64,000 nucleotides of DNA, from the NCBI GenBank assembly GCA_965213675.1, contig CBDCAF010000016.1:1-64000 (forward strand), written 5' to 3'. Source of the DNA: an uncultured Candidatus Binatia bacterium (GTDB lineage Bacteria; Desulfobacterota; Binatia; UBA9968; JAJDTQ01). Position 1 is the first letter of the stretch; each line of letters opens with the position of its first letter. The position numbers and the translations under genes are program-made. The notes beneath the pieces were generated by a model. The model had not been told where the DNA came from and did no database searches. It was given only the letters and a program-made list of their open reading frames with translations. This document shows positions 47,899 to 57,588 of the stretch, piece after piece.

Positions 47899-50064
47899 TC
47901 AGCCAGACTGCGCGCCGGCGATGGCGACCGGGGCCGCCGAGGGAATGTCGATCCAGAACTCGGTAAAGGCCCCCGGCTCCGACTCGACACCCATCCTGCC
48001 GCCGTGCTGGGACACGATGTCCTGGGACAGGGACAGACCCAGTCCCGTGCCCTCTCCGGTGGGCTTGGTGGTGACGAAGGGCTCGAAGATCTTTGTGATC
48101 ATGTCCCGTGGAATGCCGGGTCCGTTGTCGCGGATGCGAAACTCGACCCGGCCGTCCTGGCGCTTGCTCGACAACCGGATGTGCGGCTCGTACTGACTTT
48201 GCATCTTGGCGCGCTCGAAAGTCGCCTGACACGCATTGGTGACGAGGTTGAGGAAGACGCGGCTCAGATCCTGGGGCACCACCTCCACCTCGCCGATCCC
48301 GGTATCCAGGTCCTCTTCCCAAGTGACGTTGAAACGCTGGTCCTTGGCGCGCATGGCGTGATAGGCGAGATCGGCGTACTGCTTGAGTAGCGCGTTGAGA
48401 TCCACCGCGCGGCGCTCGCCGGACTGGGCGCGCGAGTGGTCCAGCATGCTGCGCACGATGCCGTCGGCGCGCTTGCCGTGCTGATTGATCTTCTGGAGAT
48501 TGGTGGTCAGGTCGTCCAGGATTCCCTCGACCTCGTCGCGCGCCTCCTCGGGCATTTGCTCACGGATCTCGCCCAACACCTCCCGCACCTCCTCGATGAG
48601 CTCGCCGGATACTTCCGAGAAGTTGTTGACGAAATTGAGCGGGTTCTTGATCTCGTGCGCAATGCCGGCGGTAAGCTGGCCCAGGGAGGCAAGCTTCTCC
48701 TGCATGACCACCTGGTGCTGTGCCGTTTTCAAGTCCTGAAGCGTCTGCTCCAACTGCACGTTCTTTCCCTTCAACTCATCCGCGAGACTCTCCACGAGAT
48801 TGAGCCGCTGCACTTCCAGGGCATGCCGCCGGAACACCTCCAGCGCTTCCGCCATGTCGGCCACCTCATCGTTGCTCCCGATCTGGACCGGAACTTCGAG
48901 GTTGCCCTCGGCCATGGAACGCATGGACGCGGCCAATCCGGTCAAGCGCCGGATCAGATGGCGGCCGACGAACATCCACCCGAGCATGATGGCCCCGATG
49001 ACCATCAACACGCTGAGTACCACCAACACGGTCATGCCGGTGTTCACGGCCGCGGCGGAGGCCTCTCTGGCTTCGCCGGCCTGTCGGTCCGCGGCCGCCA
49101 CCACCAGGTCCATGGTGGCCAGCAGCCTCGCCGCGGTGATCCGGTTATCCTCTATGTAGCGGGCCTCGGTCTCGCCCTGTCTCAGTATGGCTTCCCGGAG
49201 GCCGAATATCCCGTCGGCGCCCTGCCCCAGCGACTTGAGCCGCGCGAACTCCGTGTCGAGCGAAGACGCCGCAGAGGCGCCGGACCCGGAGGAGCGAAAA
49301 GCGCGTTCGAAGGAACCGAGAGCGGCGGTGTAGCGCTCTCGAAGCGGCTGTATCAACGCCCGGTCATCCAACACCGCGGCCTCCGCAAGCAGTCTCACGG
49401 CCAGATTGGCCTGTGTGTGCAACGTCAACAGGTCCCGATAACGCACGAGTTGGGCATAGGACGTGCGCTCCTCCATGGACACGGGTTGACCCTGGCGTTC
49501 GCGCAAGCCGGTGGCCAGAAAAAACTGCTGATCGTCGATGGCGGGTACCAGGACATGATCGATCTGACGGGCCATGGACGGAACCGTCGCCGCGCGTTCA
49601 CTCAAGCGCCCCTGAAGTTGCCTCCTTTGCGACGACGACTGCTCGACCTTGTCCAGCGTCTTGCCCAGGGCGTCGGAAAGCGAGCGCAGTTGTTGCACGC
49701 GATCCTGGTTCCGAAACGACCCCAGCACCCGCAACTCTTCGATCAGGTCGTCAAGCTGTTCCTTGTCTTCGAGGATAGCCAACTTGACGTCATGAAGTTC
49801 CGCGTCGGACGTCACCGAAGCGAGGCGAGACGCCGCGTCCACAAGCGCCGAGCTCTGCCGCGCCGCCCGCATCGCCGCCACCAGGCTGGGGAAGCTGTTT
49901 TCGGCAATGTTGCGCTGCGACCGGCTGACGATGCCGAACGACACCAAGGCAACGGTGCTGGCCGTCAGCATCAGTAATACGCCGATGCCGAAAACGGTGT
50001 ACATCTTGACACCGAGACCGATGCGCCGGGCCGCAAGGTATCGTCCGAGTCCGGCGAAGTTCAC
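47899..50064 (-). CDS. HAMP-domain sensor histidine kinase with large helical (TorS-like) periplasmic domain
   Basis: Two TM segments, HAMP, AHEIKNP, NLVTNA, DNGPG, GTGLGL. Confidence 0.93.
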   Translation of the reverse strand: MNFAGLGRYLAARRIGLGVKMYTVFGIGVLLMLTASTVALVSFGIVSRSQRNIAENSFPSLVAAMRAARQSSALVDAASRLASVTSDAELHDVKLAILEDKEQLDDLIEELRVLGSFRNQDRVQQLRSLSDALGKTLDKVEQSSSQRRQLQGRLSERAATVPSMARQIDHVLVPAIDDQQFFLATGLRERQGQPVSMEERTSYAQLVRYRDLLTLHTQANLAVRLLAEAAVLDDRALIQPLRERYTAALGSFERAFRSSGSGASAASSLDTEFARLKSLGQGADGIFGLREAILRQGETEARYIEDNRITAARLLATMDLVVAAADRQAGEAREASAAAVNTGMTVLVVLSVLMVIGAIMLGWMFVGRHLIRRLTGLAASMRSMAEGNLEVPVQIGSNDEVADMAEALEVFRRHALEVQRLNLVESLADELKGKNVQLEQTLQDLKTAQHQVVMQEKLASLGQLTAGIAHEIKNPLNFVNNFSEVSGELIEEVREVLGEIREQMPEEARDEVEGILDDLTTNLQKINQHGKRADGIVRSMLDHSRAQSGERRAVDLNALLKQYADLAYHAMRAKDQRFNVTWEEDLDTGIGEVEVVPQDLSRVFLNLVTNACQATFERAKMQSQYEPHIRLSSKRQDGRVEFRIRDNGPGIPRDMITKIFEPFVTTKPTGEGTGLGLSLSQDIVSQHGGRMGVESEPGAFTEFWIDIPSAAPVAIAGAQSG

Positions 50065-51257
50065 GGTCGCTCCAAACGCTGGATCGAGCGAAAGCGCGCG
50101 CCGTCGTCGATCACGGTCAGGTACACCTGATCAGACCCTTGATTGTCGGCTTCACCGTAAAACAGCGCGAAGCCCTCGAGATCGATGGAGCCGGCCCCTT
50201 GCAGGGCGTCAATGAATCCCGTCCGGGTGAGATCCTTTCCGGCCCGGCGCAAGGCCTCCACCGTCACCCTTCCTGTCAGGTACCCCTCCAGGGACACGAA
50301 GCCGGGCACTGCTTCGGCCGCCACCGCGCGCAACGCTTCATGATACTGTCCGACCACCGGAATCTCCTGGTCGTGGGGGAAAGGCACGACCTGGGTCACG
50401 ATCACGTCCTTGCCCGAGGGACCCAGCGCACTGGCCAGCGCCGAGCTGCCGACGAAGGAAATGTTCACGAAGAGGGGAGTGAACTCCAGGTGGCGCGCCC
50501 ACTTGATGAACTCCGCCACAGGCTCGTAGGCGCCCACGATGATGACGGCCTCGGGCCGGTCCGCGCGCAGGTCCAGCACGGCGGTCTTGACCGCCCGCGT
50601 GTTGCGCGGGTAGGTGGCTTCGGATACCAGTCGCATGCCGCGCCGCCGGAGTGCCTGAAGCGTACCCGAGAGCCCGGCGCGCCCGTAGGAATCGTCCTGG
50701 TACAAGATGCCGATGCGCTTCACCCCCAGGTCGCGGGTGAGGCGCTCGACCATCTCTTCCGTCTCCTGATAATAGGAAGCGCGTACGTTGACCACCGTGG
50801 GACGCTGGCGCGCGTCGCGCAGGAATTCCGCGCCCGTAAAGGCGCCAATGTAGGGAATGCCGGCCTCGGTGGCGATGGGTTCCGCGGCCTTCGACGTCGG
50901 AGTGCCCACTGCGCCGATCAACGCGAAGACCTGCTCCTCGTCGATGAGCGCAAACGTATTGCCGATGGCCGCCTCGGGCTCGTAGCGATCATCCAGGGTT
51001 ACAAGACGCAGTTTCCGTCCGTGGATGCCGCCGGCGCGATTGGCCTCCTCGAAGGCGGCCGTAATGCCCAGGCGCATCCCTTCTCCCAGGGCCTTGGCGG
51101 AACCACTCAGGGCGCACGATTGCCCGAACACCACCTCATCCGCGGAGACGCCCGTGCTGGCCGCGCGCGCCGCCGTGGCCATGAGCGCCACGCCGGCCAC
51201 GGTCGCCAGCAGCAAAGCCCCCAGGAATCGCGCCCACCCTGTAGAATCCACAACCAT
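50061..51257 (-). CDS. Periplasmic binding protein (Leu/Ile/Val-binding fold)
   Basis: Signal peptide; GQSCALSG, DDRYEP, VGTPT, RASY; GTGA overlap with the kinase. Confidence 0.9.
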   Translation of the reverse strand: MVVDSTGWARFLGALLLATVAGVALMATAARAASTGVSADEVVFGQSCALSGSAKALGEGMRLGITAAFEEANRAGGIHGRKLRLVTLDDRYEPEAAIGNTFALIDEEQVFALIGAVGTPTSKAAEPIATEAGIPYIGAFTGAEFLRDARQRPTVVNVRASYYQETEEMVERLTRDLGVKRIGILYQDDSYGRAGLSGTLQALRRRGMRLVSEATYPRNTRAVKTAVLDLRADRPEAVIIVGAYEPVAEFIKWARHLEFTPLFVNISFVGSSALASALGPSGKDVIVTQVVPFPHDQEIPVVGQYHEALRAVAAEAVPGFVSLEGYLTGRVTVEALRRAGKDLTRTGFIDALQGAGSIDLEGFALFYGEADNQGSDQVYLTVIDDGARFRSIQRLERP

Positions 51258-51297
51258 GACCTGTGTCCCGTCCGGTCAGCCAGGAGACGGGCTCCCG

Positions 51298-51460
51298 AGG
51301 AGCCTGTCGGGATTATCGAATCGTAGCGAGAGGCAGAGAAATGGAGGCCAGTTTCGGGCGGATTTGAGGAGAATATTGGTAATATTGGACGAAAATCCAA
51401 CCGGAAATGGACCCATTTCGCTGCCTCGCAGTAGATTCTTGATAAACCCGACAGGCTCCT
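51298..51460. mobile_element. MITE-like element, family C (163 bp)
   Basis: 20-bp TIR aggagcctgtcgggattatc / gataaacccgacaggctcct, AT-richer interior. Confidence 0.8.
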
Positions 51461-51483
51461 GGGAATTTGCGCCGCAGGAATAC

Positions 51484-51520
51484 GGCGTCCTGAGCGTAGC
51501 GAAGCGAAGTCGAAGAACGC
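51484..51520. repeat. REP-like element (CCTGAGCG..AGCGAAG..GTCGAAG type)
   Basis: ggcgtcctgagcgtagcgaagcgaagtcgaagaacgc. Confidence 0.5.
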
Positions 51521-51523
51521 GGC

Positions 51524-52732
51524 CTAACCCTGAAGATAGCGCAACGCCACACAGGTGATATCGTCCGATTGCGGGTTCCCGGCGGCGAACTCGCGCACCG
51601 TGTCGAGCACCCGGGATGTCACATCGTCGCACGCGGCGGCATCAAGCGTGGCCAGCAACGAGTCGAGCCGTTTCTCGCCGAGCTCCTCGAACCCGGGCCC
51701 CTCGGCTTCAGTGACGCCGTCCGTATAGAAGAACAGCATGTCGCCGGCCTCAAGCTGAAGCGTTTCATGATTGAACGCATGGCCGCCAAGCACACCCAGC
51801 GCCAAGTCCCTTGTAGTGGGCAGCGCGACCACCTCCCCGCCCTTGTGCACGAGGCGCGGCGGATTGTGGCCGCCGTTGCAGTATTTGAAGACGCCGCTCC
51901 CGGAATCGAAGACGCCGTAGAAAAGGGTGACGAACGTGCAGCTCTTGTTGTCCTCGGCCAGCAGATTGTTGACGTGGGTCAGGCACTCGTCCGGTTGTCC
52001 GCCCTCCAGCGCGTGGCTTCGGAGCAGCGTGCGACAGGCCATCATGAACAGCGCGGCGGGAACGCCCTTGCCCGACACATCCCCGATGGCGACGCCGATC
52101 CTGTTGTCGCCCAGGGGAACGAAGTCATAGAAGTCGCCCCCGACTTCCTTGGCGGGAACCATGAGTCCGTGCGTTTCGTAGCGGTCGGTGGAAGGAAAGC
52201 TGCGCGGTAACACCGACGCCTGCATGTCCCGGGCGACGTCGAGTTCCTTGCTCAGGGCCACCAACTGGTCCCGGTTGTTCAAGGCCTCGCGCAGCAGCGC
52301 CAGGTGCTTGAGGGTCTTGTCGATGGTGATCTCGAGATCGTTGAAGTCGATGGGCTTGGTAACGAAGTCGAAGGCCCCGCGGTTCATGGCGGTACGGATG
52401 TTGTTCATGTCGCCGTAGGCCGACACGATCACGGAGCGAACATTGGGCTTGGTCTCGTTGAGTTGCTTGAGAAGCGCGAGTCCGTCCATGACCGGCATGT
52501 TGATGTCCGAGATGACCATCGAGATCTCGTCGTCGGCGTCGAGCATTTCGATGGCTTCCTTGCCGTTGTGCGCAAACTCGAACGCCAACTCGTTCCGACG
52601 GATGCGCCGGCGAAACTTCTGCAACATCAAGGTCTCGAGATCCACTTCGTCATCCACGACGAGGATCTTGACGGGTCCTTCCGAGCCTTCGGACAAGGCT
52701 TGGGAGACCGCGCCGTCGAGGTTATCCGGCAT
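51524..52732 (-). CDS. Receiver + PP2C/SpoIIE phosphatase (RsbU/RsbY-like)
   Basis: VVDDE, SDINMP, FVTKP; VGGDFYD, GDVSGKG, YTDGVTE, SDDIT. Confidence 0.95.
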   Translation of the reverse strand: MPDNLDGAVSQALSEGSEGPVKILVVDDEVDLETLMLQKFRRRIRRNELAFEFAHNGKEAIEMLDADDEISMVISDINMPVMDGLALLKQLNETKPNVRSVIVSAYGDMNNIRTAMNRGAFDFVTKPIDFNDLEITIDKTLKHLALLREALNNRDQLVALSKELDVARDMQASVLPRSFPSTDRYETHGLMVPAKEVGGDFYDFVPLGDNRIGVAIGDVSGKGVPAALFMMACRTLLRSHALEGGQPDECLTHVNNLLAEDNKSCTFVTLFYGVFDSGSGVFKYCNGGHNPPRLVHKGGEVVALPTTRDLALGVLGGHAFNHETLQLEAGDMLFFYTDGVTEAEGPGFEELGEKRLDSLLATLDAAACDDVTSRVLDTVREFAAGNPQSDDITCVALRYLQG

Positions 52733-53075
52733 TGATTGCGTCCTGTCGCGTGGGGTGTATGGCGAGGATCTCGCTGAAACCGCTGATCTTGAAGACCTCC
52801 GCAATGTGGGCCCGCATGGTGCAAAGAAAGATCTTGCGACCACCCGCCTGCAACTGCTTCGCTGCCAGGAGAAGCACCCGGAGCCCGGCGCTGCTGATGT
52901 ATTCAATATTCTCGAAGTCCACCACGAGCGATCCCTTGCCTTCTTCGATGAGCTGCAGCATGGACTCCTGGAAAGGGCTGGCCGTGCTGCCATCGATGCG
53001 GCCCGAGGGAATGATCACAGTGATATCGCCCTCGGTCTCCGTGGTCAGGTCCAAAACGCTTCCGGTTGCCATCAA
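52722..53075 (-). CDS. STAS anti-anti-sigma factor (RsbV-like)
   Basis: GRID, EYISSAGLR with phosphorylatable Ser. Confidence 0.93.
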   Translation of the reverse strand: MMATGSVLDLTTETEGDITVIIPSGRIDGSTASPFQESMLQLIEEGKGSLVVDFENIEYISSAGLRVLLLAAKQLQAGGRKIFLCTMRAHIAEVFKISGFSEILAIHPTRQDAINAG

Positions 53076-53521
53076 CTGTCTCCTTTCAAAGAGGCGCGTA
53101 GAGTGATTCGGTTGAGTCCGTCAATGCGTTGGTAGTCGGGATTCGGGAAAAGGGCCTTGGTGAGGAAGACCCCCAGGCCGCCAATGGGACGGTCGTCGAT
53201 GGAGGCATGGAGATCGGGCTCGGCGACCTCCTCGAAGGGGTTGAAGGCGATGCCGCTGTCGTCCAGTTGGGCTACCACCTCGTCGGCCTCGATGCGCAAC
53301 TCCACCCGGAGCTCCCTTCGCTCCGTATCCACGAACCCGTACGAGATCGTGTTCGTCGCCAGTTCGTCCAGGGCGAGGCTCAGGTTGTGAATCTGTGGCT
53401 CGGAAAGTCCGTTGGCCGCGCCGAAACTAGCCACCGCCTCGGCCAGATCGTTCAGCGCCGATGAGAGCTCGGGTTCGAGGTCGATGGAAAGCTGTGGGAT
53501 CGCTGTCTCCATGACAGTCAT
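53072..53521 (-). CDS. Anti-sigma/serine kinase (RsbW-like HATPase)
   Basis: DELATNTISYG, DSGIAFNP, GGLGVFL. Confidence 0.92.
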   Translation of the reverse strand: MTVMETAIPQLSIDLEPELSSALNDLAEAVASFGAANGLSEPQIHNLSLALDELATNTISYGFVDTERRELRVELRIEADEVVAQLDDSGIAFNPFEEVAEPDLHASIDDRPIGGLGVFLTKALFPNPDYQRIDGLNRITLRASLKGDS

Positions 53522-53601
53522 TTTGAACGTCGTACGTGGTCTATACGGTCAGGATTCGCTGATTGCGACTGTGAAAGGGTAATAGATCAAACAATATCGT
53601 G

Positions 53602-54102
53602 TCAAGAACTGTTCCGGAGTCCTTCCTTCACCCACCGCGACAGCGCCTTGTCAGGGTCCGCGATCTCCTCCACGGACGCGTACCACCAAGCCTCCCAGCC
53701 GGATTGCGGAAGACCGGTGAAAATCATCAGGTTCAACGGATACGCCTCGCTGTCGGTACAGCGCCTGAAGTCGTCCCGAAAGAGGAAAACCGGTTTCTCC
53801 CAAGCGATGGCCATGCCCAGCTCCACCATCACGCCCTCGTCAGGGGGACAGCCGTTGACCACCGCGAACAAGCCGTCCGCCTCGCGCACGTCCCGGAGGT
53901 CGGCCTGTCCGATGCGGTACGCCCAACCAGCCTCAGCCCTGTCCACCTGGTTGTTGCGCGCGAAGGGCTCCCACACCTCCACCCCGAGCCCCTCCAGCGC
54001 CGCGGTCAGCGCCGCCAGCGGCCCTTGCCGTTGCTGAGCGGAAAAGCCGTAAGGATTCGCGAGATACAGTGTCCTCGAGGACGGGGTGTGCGCGGCACGC
54101 AT
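53602..54102 (-). CDS. Nucleoside 2-deoxyribosyltransferase family protein
   Basis: LYLANPYGF, DEGVMVELGMA. Confidence 0.88.
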   Translation of the reverse strand: MRAAHTPSSRTLYLANPYGFSAQQRQGPLAALTAALEGLGVEVWEPFARNNQVDRAEAGWAYRIGQADLRDVREADGLFAVVNGCPPDEGVMVELGMAIAWEKPVFLFRDDFRRCTDSEAYPLNLMIFTGLPQSGWEAWWYASVEEIADPDKALSRWVKEGLRNSS

Positions 54103-54210
54103 GGGTTTCGTGTGACATGCCGGCGGCACGAGCGCAAGCGTGCCGTGACGCGGCCGGGCAGCCCCGCCGCCCGGCATCATGCAAGTCGGCGAAGAGAGGG
54201 CCGGCGCGGT

Positions 54211-55539
54211 TCAGGCCATGGCTTTGTCATCCCGGACGCGAGCGGTGACCACGAGCAGGAAGAGCATGACCACCAACAGGACGGTGCAGCTCAGCCCCAG
54301 GGACCACTGAATCCCCACAACGCCGCCCATGATGCCCACGGTGATGCCGCTGAAGGTGCGCAGCCCGAGGCCGGACATGATGAACAGGCCGATCAACTGA
54401 CCGCGCAGGTGCGCCGGCGAGATGAGCTGAACGAGCGTTTGCGACATGGTAAGGAAGGCGAGGTTCAGGAAACCGGCGGCGAAGAGCAGCGCCACGGCCA
54501 TGTAGAAGTAGGGCGTGAACGCGAAGATGCCCAGGGCCGTGCACCACAGGATGGCCAAAACCACCGCCGTGCGCGCCCGCGCCTTCAGGAACCCGCCGCT
54601 CTCCAGCAGCACGCCGCTCGCGAAGGCGCCGGCGCCGTTGGCGGCCAGCAGCACGCTGTAGCCCGCCTCACCCTGCCCCAGGCTGACGGCGAATCCGGGC
54701 ATCTGCGCCTGAAAGGCGTTGCCCACGATCAGCGAGGAAAGCCCCACGAGGCACACCATGGACACGATGACCGGGTTGGTGCGCGCCTCTCTCAATGCCT
54801 CCAGGGAGCGCGCCCAGGTGGCGCGCCGCGCCCGGACCGCCCGCGTATGCTGCCCGTGACCCGTGTACGGCACCGTGAAGAGCCACAGGGTCAAGGGGAT
54901 GTAGAACATCGCATTCACCACCAGACCCGCCGAATAGCCCATCGTCCGCATCATCCAGCCGCCCACGGCCGGACCCGCGAGGATCCCCAACTGCCGGCCG
55001 GTGGCGTTGAGGCGAACCGCGCTCTGCAGGTACTCCGGCCCCACCATGTCGTGCAGGATGAGCTGACTTCCGGGGCTCCACAACACGCCGGCGACGCCGT
55101 GCACCACCAGCAGCGCGCATGCGTGCCAGACCGTGAGCGTACCCGTGAAGATGAACCACGCCCAGGCGATGGTCAGCACGAAGTACAGCACCATGGCCCA
55201 CTGAATCACGCGCCGGCAATCGAACCGGTCCGACAGAAGGCCCACGTACCAAGACAACAGCAGGAAGGGCGACCAGTGGCTGATGACGGCAAACCCCTGC
55301 AGCTCCGGCCACTGGAACAACTCGAATATGACCCAGTAACTGATGACGTGCTCGATGTTGTCCGCCATCATGGACAACATGGTGAAGCAGAAGTAGGCGC
55401 GGAAGTGACGGTGGCGCAATGCCGCGAAGGAAACGGTGGACTGGGCGACGTGTTTGTGCGATCCGTCCGCACCCGCGGTGGACGGCGGCGGCCCGGTCCC
55501 GGACCGCGGGTCCACCGGTGGTGAGGGAGACTGTGGCAT
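54211..55539 (-). CDS. MFS transporter
   Basis: About 12 hydrophobic segments, GLLSDRFDCRR motif A. Confidence 0.92.
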   Translation of the reverse strand: MPQSPSPPVDPRSGTGPPPSTAGADGSHKHVAQSTVSFAALRHRHFRAYFCFTMLSMMADNIEHVISYWVIFELFQWPELQGFAVISHWSPFLLLSWYVGLLSDRFDCRRVIQWAMVLYFVLTIAWAWFIFTGTLTVWHACALLVVHGVAGVLWSPGSQLILHDMVGPEYLQSAVRLNATGRQLGILAGPAVGGWMMRTMGYSAGLVVNAMFYIPLTLWLFTVPYTGHGQHTRAVRARRATWARSLEALREARTNPVIVSMVCLVGLSSLIVGNAFQAQMPGFAVSLGQGEAGYSVLLAANGAGAFASGVLLESGGFLKARARTAVVLAILWCTALGIFAFTPYFYMAVALLFAAGFLNLAFLTMSQTLVQLISPAHLRGQLIGLFIMSGLGLRTFSGITVGIMGGVVGIQWSLGLSCTVLLVVMLFLLVVTARVRDDKAMA

Positions 55540-55784
55540 GGCGCAGCAGCGAATGTGGCATGATGGAGGTTGGGAGGCAACTCGTGATATTCTTGACATT
55601 CCCCTTCCCGCGCGACTCTTCGAGAGTCGGCGCGCCTTGTTGCGATCCGGTCGGGGGATGTGGTAATGCGTCATTCAACCTGCTTTGAGCTAGCGTGAGC
55701 CTTGGAGATTCTCCCATGGGAAAACCAACCCGGGGAGACTCTCGCAGACTTCCCAAGTAATCCACGTCTAAAGGAGACCACACG

Positions 55785-56708
55785 ATGAAGAAGTTGGTTC
55801 TGGAAAGCACCGCGCCGTTTCAAGGGCTGTGTGAGCTGGTGGCCTACAACGAAGGGCTGTTCGAGAAGGAAGGCATTCAGGTCGAGTTCGCCGACAGAGG
55901 CACCGGCGACATTCAGACCCACACCGACCTCACCAATCCCAAGGACGCCAACCCCCACGCGAGCCACGGCATGCTCTTCGAAGAGGGCAAGGCCGACATG
56001 TACAATGCGTGTGAATGGGGCAACTACTGCCGGGTGCAGGATTCGGCCGTCGACAGTGGCCGGCAGATCGGCCGCCGCTCCATCATCGCGTACTCAGGGC
56101 TCGTGGTCCGGCCCGACTCGCCGGTGCAGACCGCCCAGCAGCTCGCCAACCGGCTGGTGGGCGTGCCGTTCTATTTCGGCACCCACTATCTGGCCCTGCA
56201 CATGCTCGAGGGCTTCCTCACCCGCGACGAGATCAAGCTCTGTCAGGCGCCGCGCGGCTCGCGCTTCCGTCTGGAGTCGGTGATGAAGGGCGAGATCGAG
56301 GCCACGACGCTCACCGAGCCGTACCTGACGCTGGCGGAGAAGAAGGGTTGCCGCATCGTGGCGGCCGCTTCGCTCCACGGCACCGAGGTCGCGGCGGACA
56401 CCGTGGACGCCGAGACCTACGCAATGTTCAACCGCGCCGTGTGCGAGGCCGTGCGCCGGGTCAACGCCGACAAGAGAAAGTACCTGCAGTACTTCATCGA
56501 CTACCACAAGGACGATCCGGAGATCGCCGCCCTGACCGTCGACGACCTGCGCGAGAGCCGCCTCGTGGTGGTGGATCCGGCGCCGATTCCCGCCGACGAA
56601 CTGGAGCGGACGGCGGCCTGGATCAAGAGCTGGGGTTTGCTCGACGAGGACAAGCCGGCCGTGGAGTTGGTGAATCCGGAGGTCCAGGAAAGCGGCCACG
56701 CTCTGTAG
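55785..56708 (+). CDS. NMT1/THI5-like PBP-fold protein lacking a signal peptide
   Basis: SD aaggag; GLFEKEGIQVEF, LVVRPDSPV, TEPY. Confidence 0.8.
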   Translation: MKKLVLESTAPFQGLCELVAYNEGLFEKEGIQVEFADRGTGDIQTHTDLTNPKDANPHASHGMLFEEGKADMYNACEWGNYCRVQDSAVDSGRQIGRRSIIAYSGLVVRPDSPVQTAQQLANRLVGVPFYFGTHYLALHMLEGFLTRDEIKLCQAPRGSRFRLESVMKGEIEATTLTEPYLTLAEKKGCRIVAAASLHGTEVAADTVDAETYAMFNRAVCEAVRRVNADKRKYLQYFIDYHKDDPEIAALTVDDLRESRLVVVDPAPIPADELERTAAWIKSWGLLDEDKPAVELVNPEVQESGHAL

Positions 56709-56780
56709 GCGGCATCCTGGGAGCTTCAGCGAGCCGCAGAGCGCCGCCGCAGGCAGGCACATCGCGGCAAACGGTTCAGA

Positions 56781-56820
56781 AAACGGGAAGGCCCCCATGG
56801 GGCTTTCCCGTTTTTTCTTT
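56781..56820 (+). terminator. Intrinsic terminator, probably bidirectional
   Basis: aaacgggaaggccccc-at-ggggctttcccg-tttttt. Confidence 0.85.
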
Positions 56821-56884
56821 CCGCACCGCCATGCCGGCGAGCCCGCGGCGGCGCGCACCCCCGGCGGCCTCTCACCGGACGCGG

Positions 56885-57556
56885 CTACCGCCCCGCAGGC
56901 ACGCTGGCCCGAAGGCGCCTGACCCCTTGGGCGGCGCCCCCCGGCGCCTTGTAGACGGAGGAGCCCGCCACCAGCAGCCGCGCGCCCCCGGCCACGACCC
57001 GCGCGGCGTTGTCCGGGCCGATGCCGCCGTCGATCTCCACCGCGGGATCCAGGCCGCGCTCGTCGAGCATGCGCCGGAGGCGGTGCAGCTTGTCCACGCT
57101 GCTCTCGATGAAGCTTTGGCCGCCAAAACCCGGGTTCACGCTCATGAGGAGGATCTGATCCAGTTCCGGCAGGATCTCGTCCAGGGTGGCCAGAGGCGTG
57201 GCCGGGTTGAGCACCACGCCGGCCCTCTTGCCCAGGGACTTGATCTGCTGCACGGTGCGGTGCAGGTGCGCGCAGGCCTCCTGATGCACCAACAGGGTGT
57301 CGGCGCCGGCCTTGGCAAAGTCTTCCAGGTAGCGTTCCGGCTCGACGATCATCAAGTGCACGTCCAGGGGCAACCCGGTGCTGCGCCGCGCCGCCTCGAC
57401 GATGAGCGGGCCGATGGTGATATTGGGCACGAAGCGGCCGTCCATCACGTCCACGTGGATGCCGTCGGCGCCGGCCTCCTCCACGTCGGCGATCTGTTGT
57501 CCGAGGATTCGGAAGTCCGCGGAGAGGATGGATGGGAGTATCTCGATTGCGCTCAT
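56885..57556 (-). CDS. rpe: Ribulose-phosphate 3-epimerase
   Basis: [35 protein letters not shown]. Confidence 0.97.
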   Translation of the reverse strand: MSAIEILPSILSADFRILGQQIADVEEAGADGIHVDVMDGRFVPNITIGPLIVEAARRSTGLPLDVHLMIVEPERYLEDFAKAGADTLLVHQEACAHLHRTVQQIKSLGKRAGVVLNPATPLATLDEILPELDQILLMSVNPGFGGQSFIESSVDKLHRLRRMLDERGLDPAVEIDGGIGPDNAARVVAGGARLLVAGSSVYKAPGGAAQGVRRLRASVPAGR

Positions 57557-57588
57557 GCGGGTTCCGGTCGTGTTCTCTCCCCGATCAT

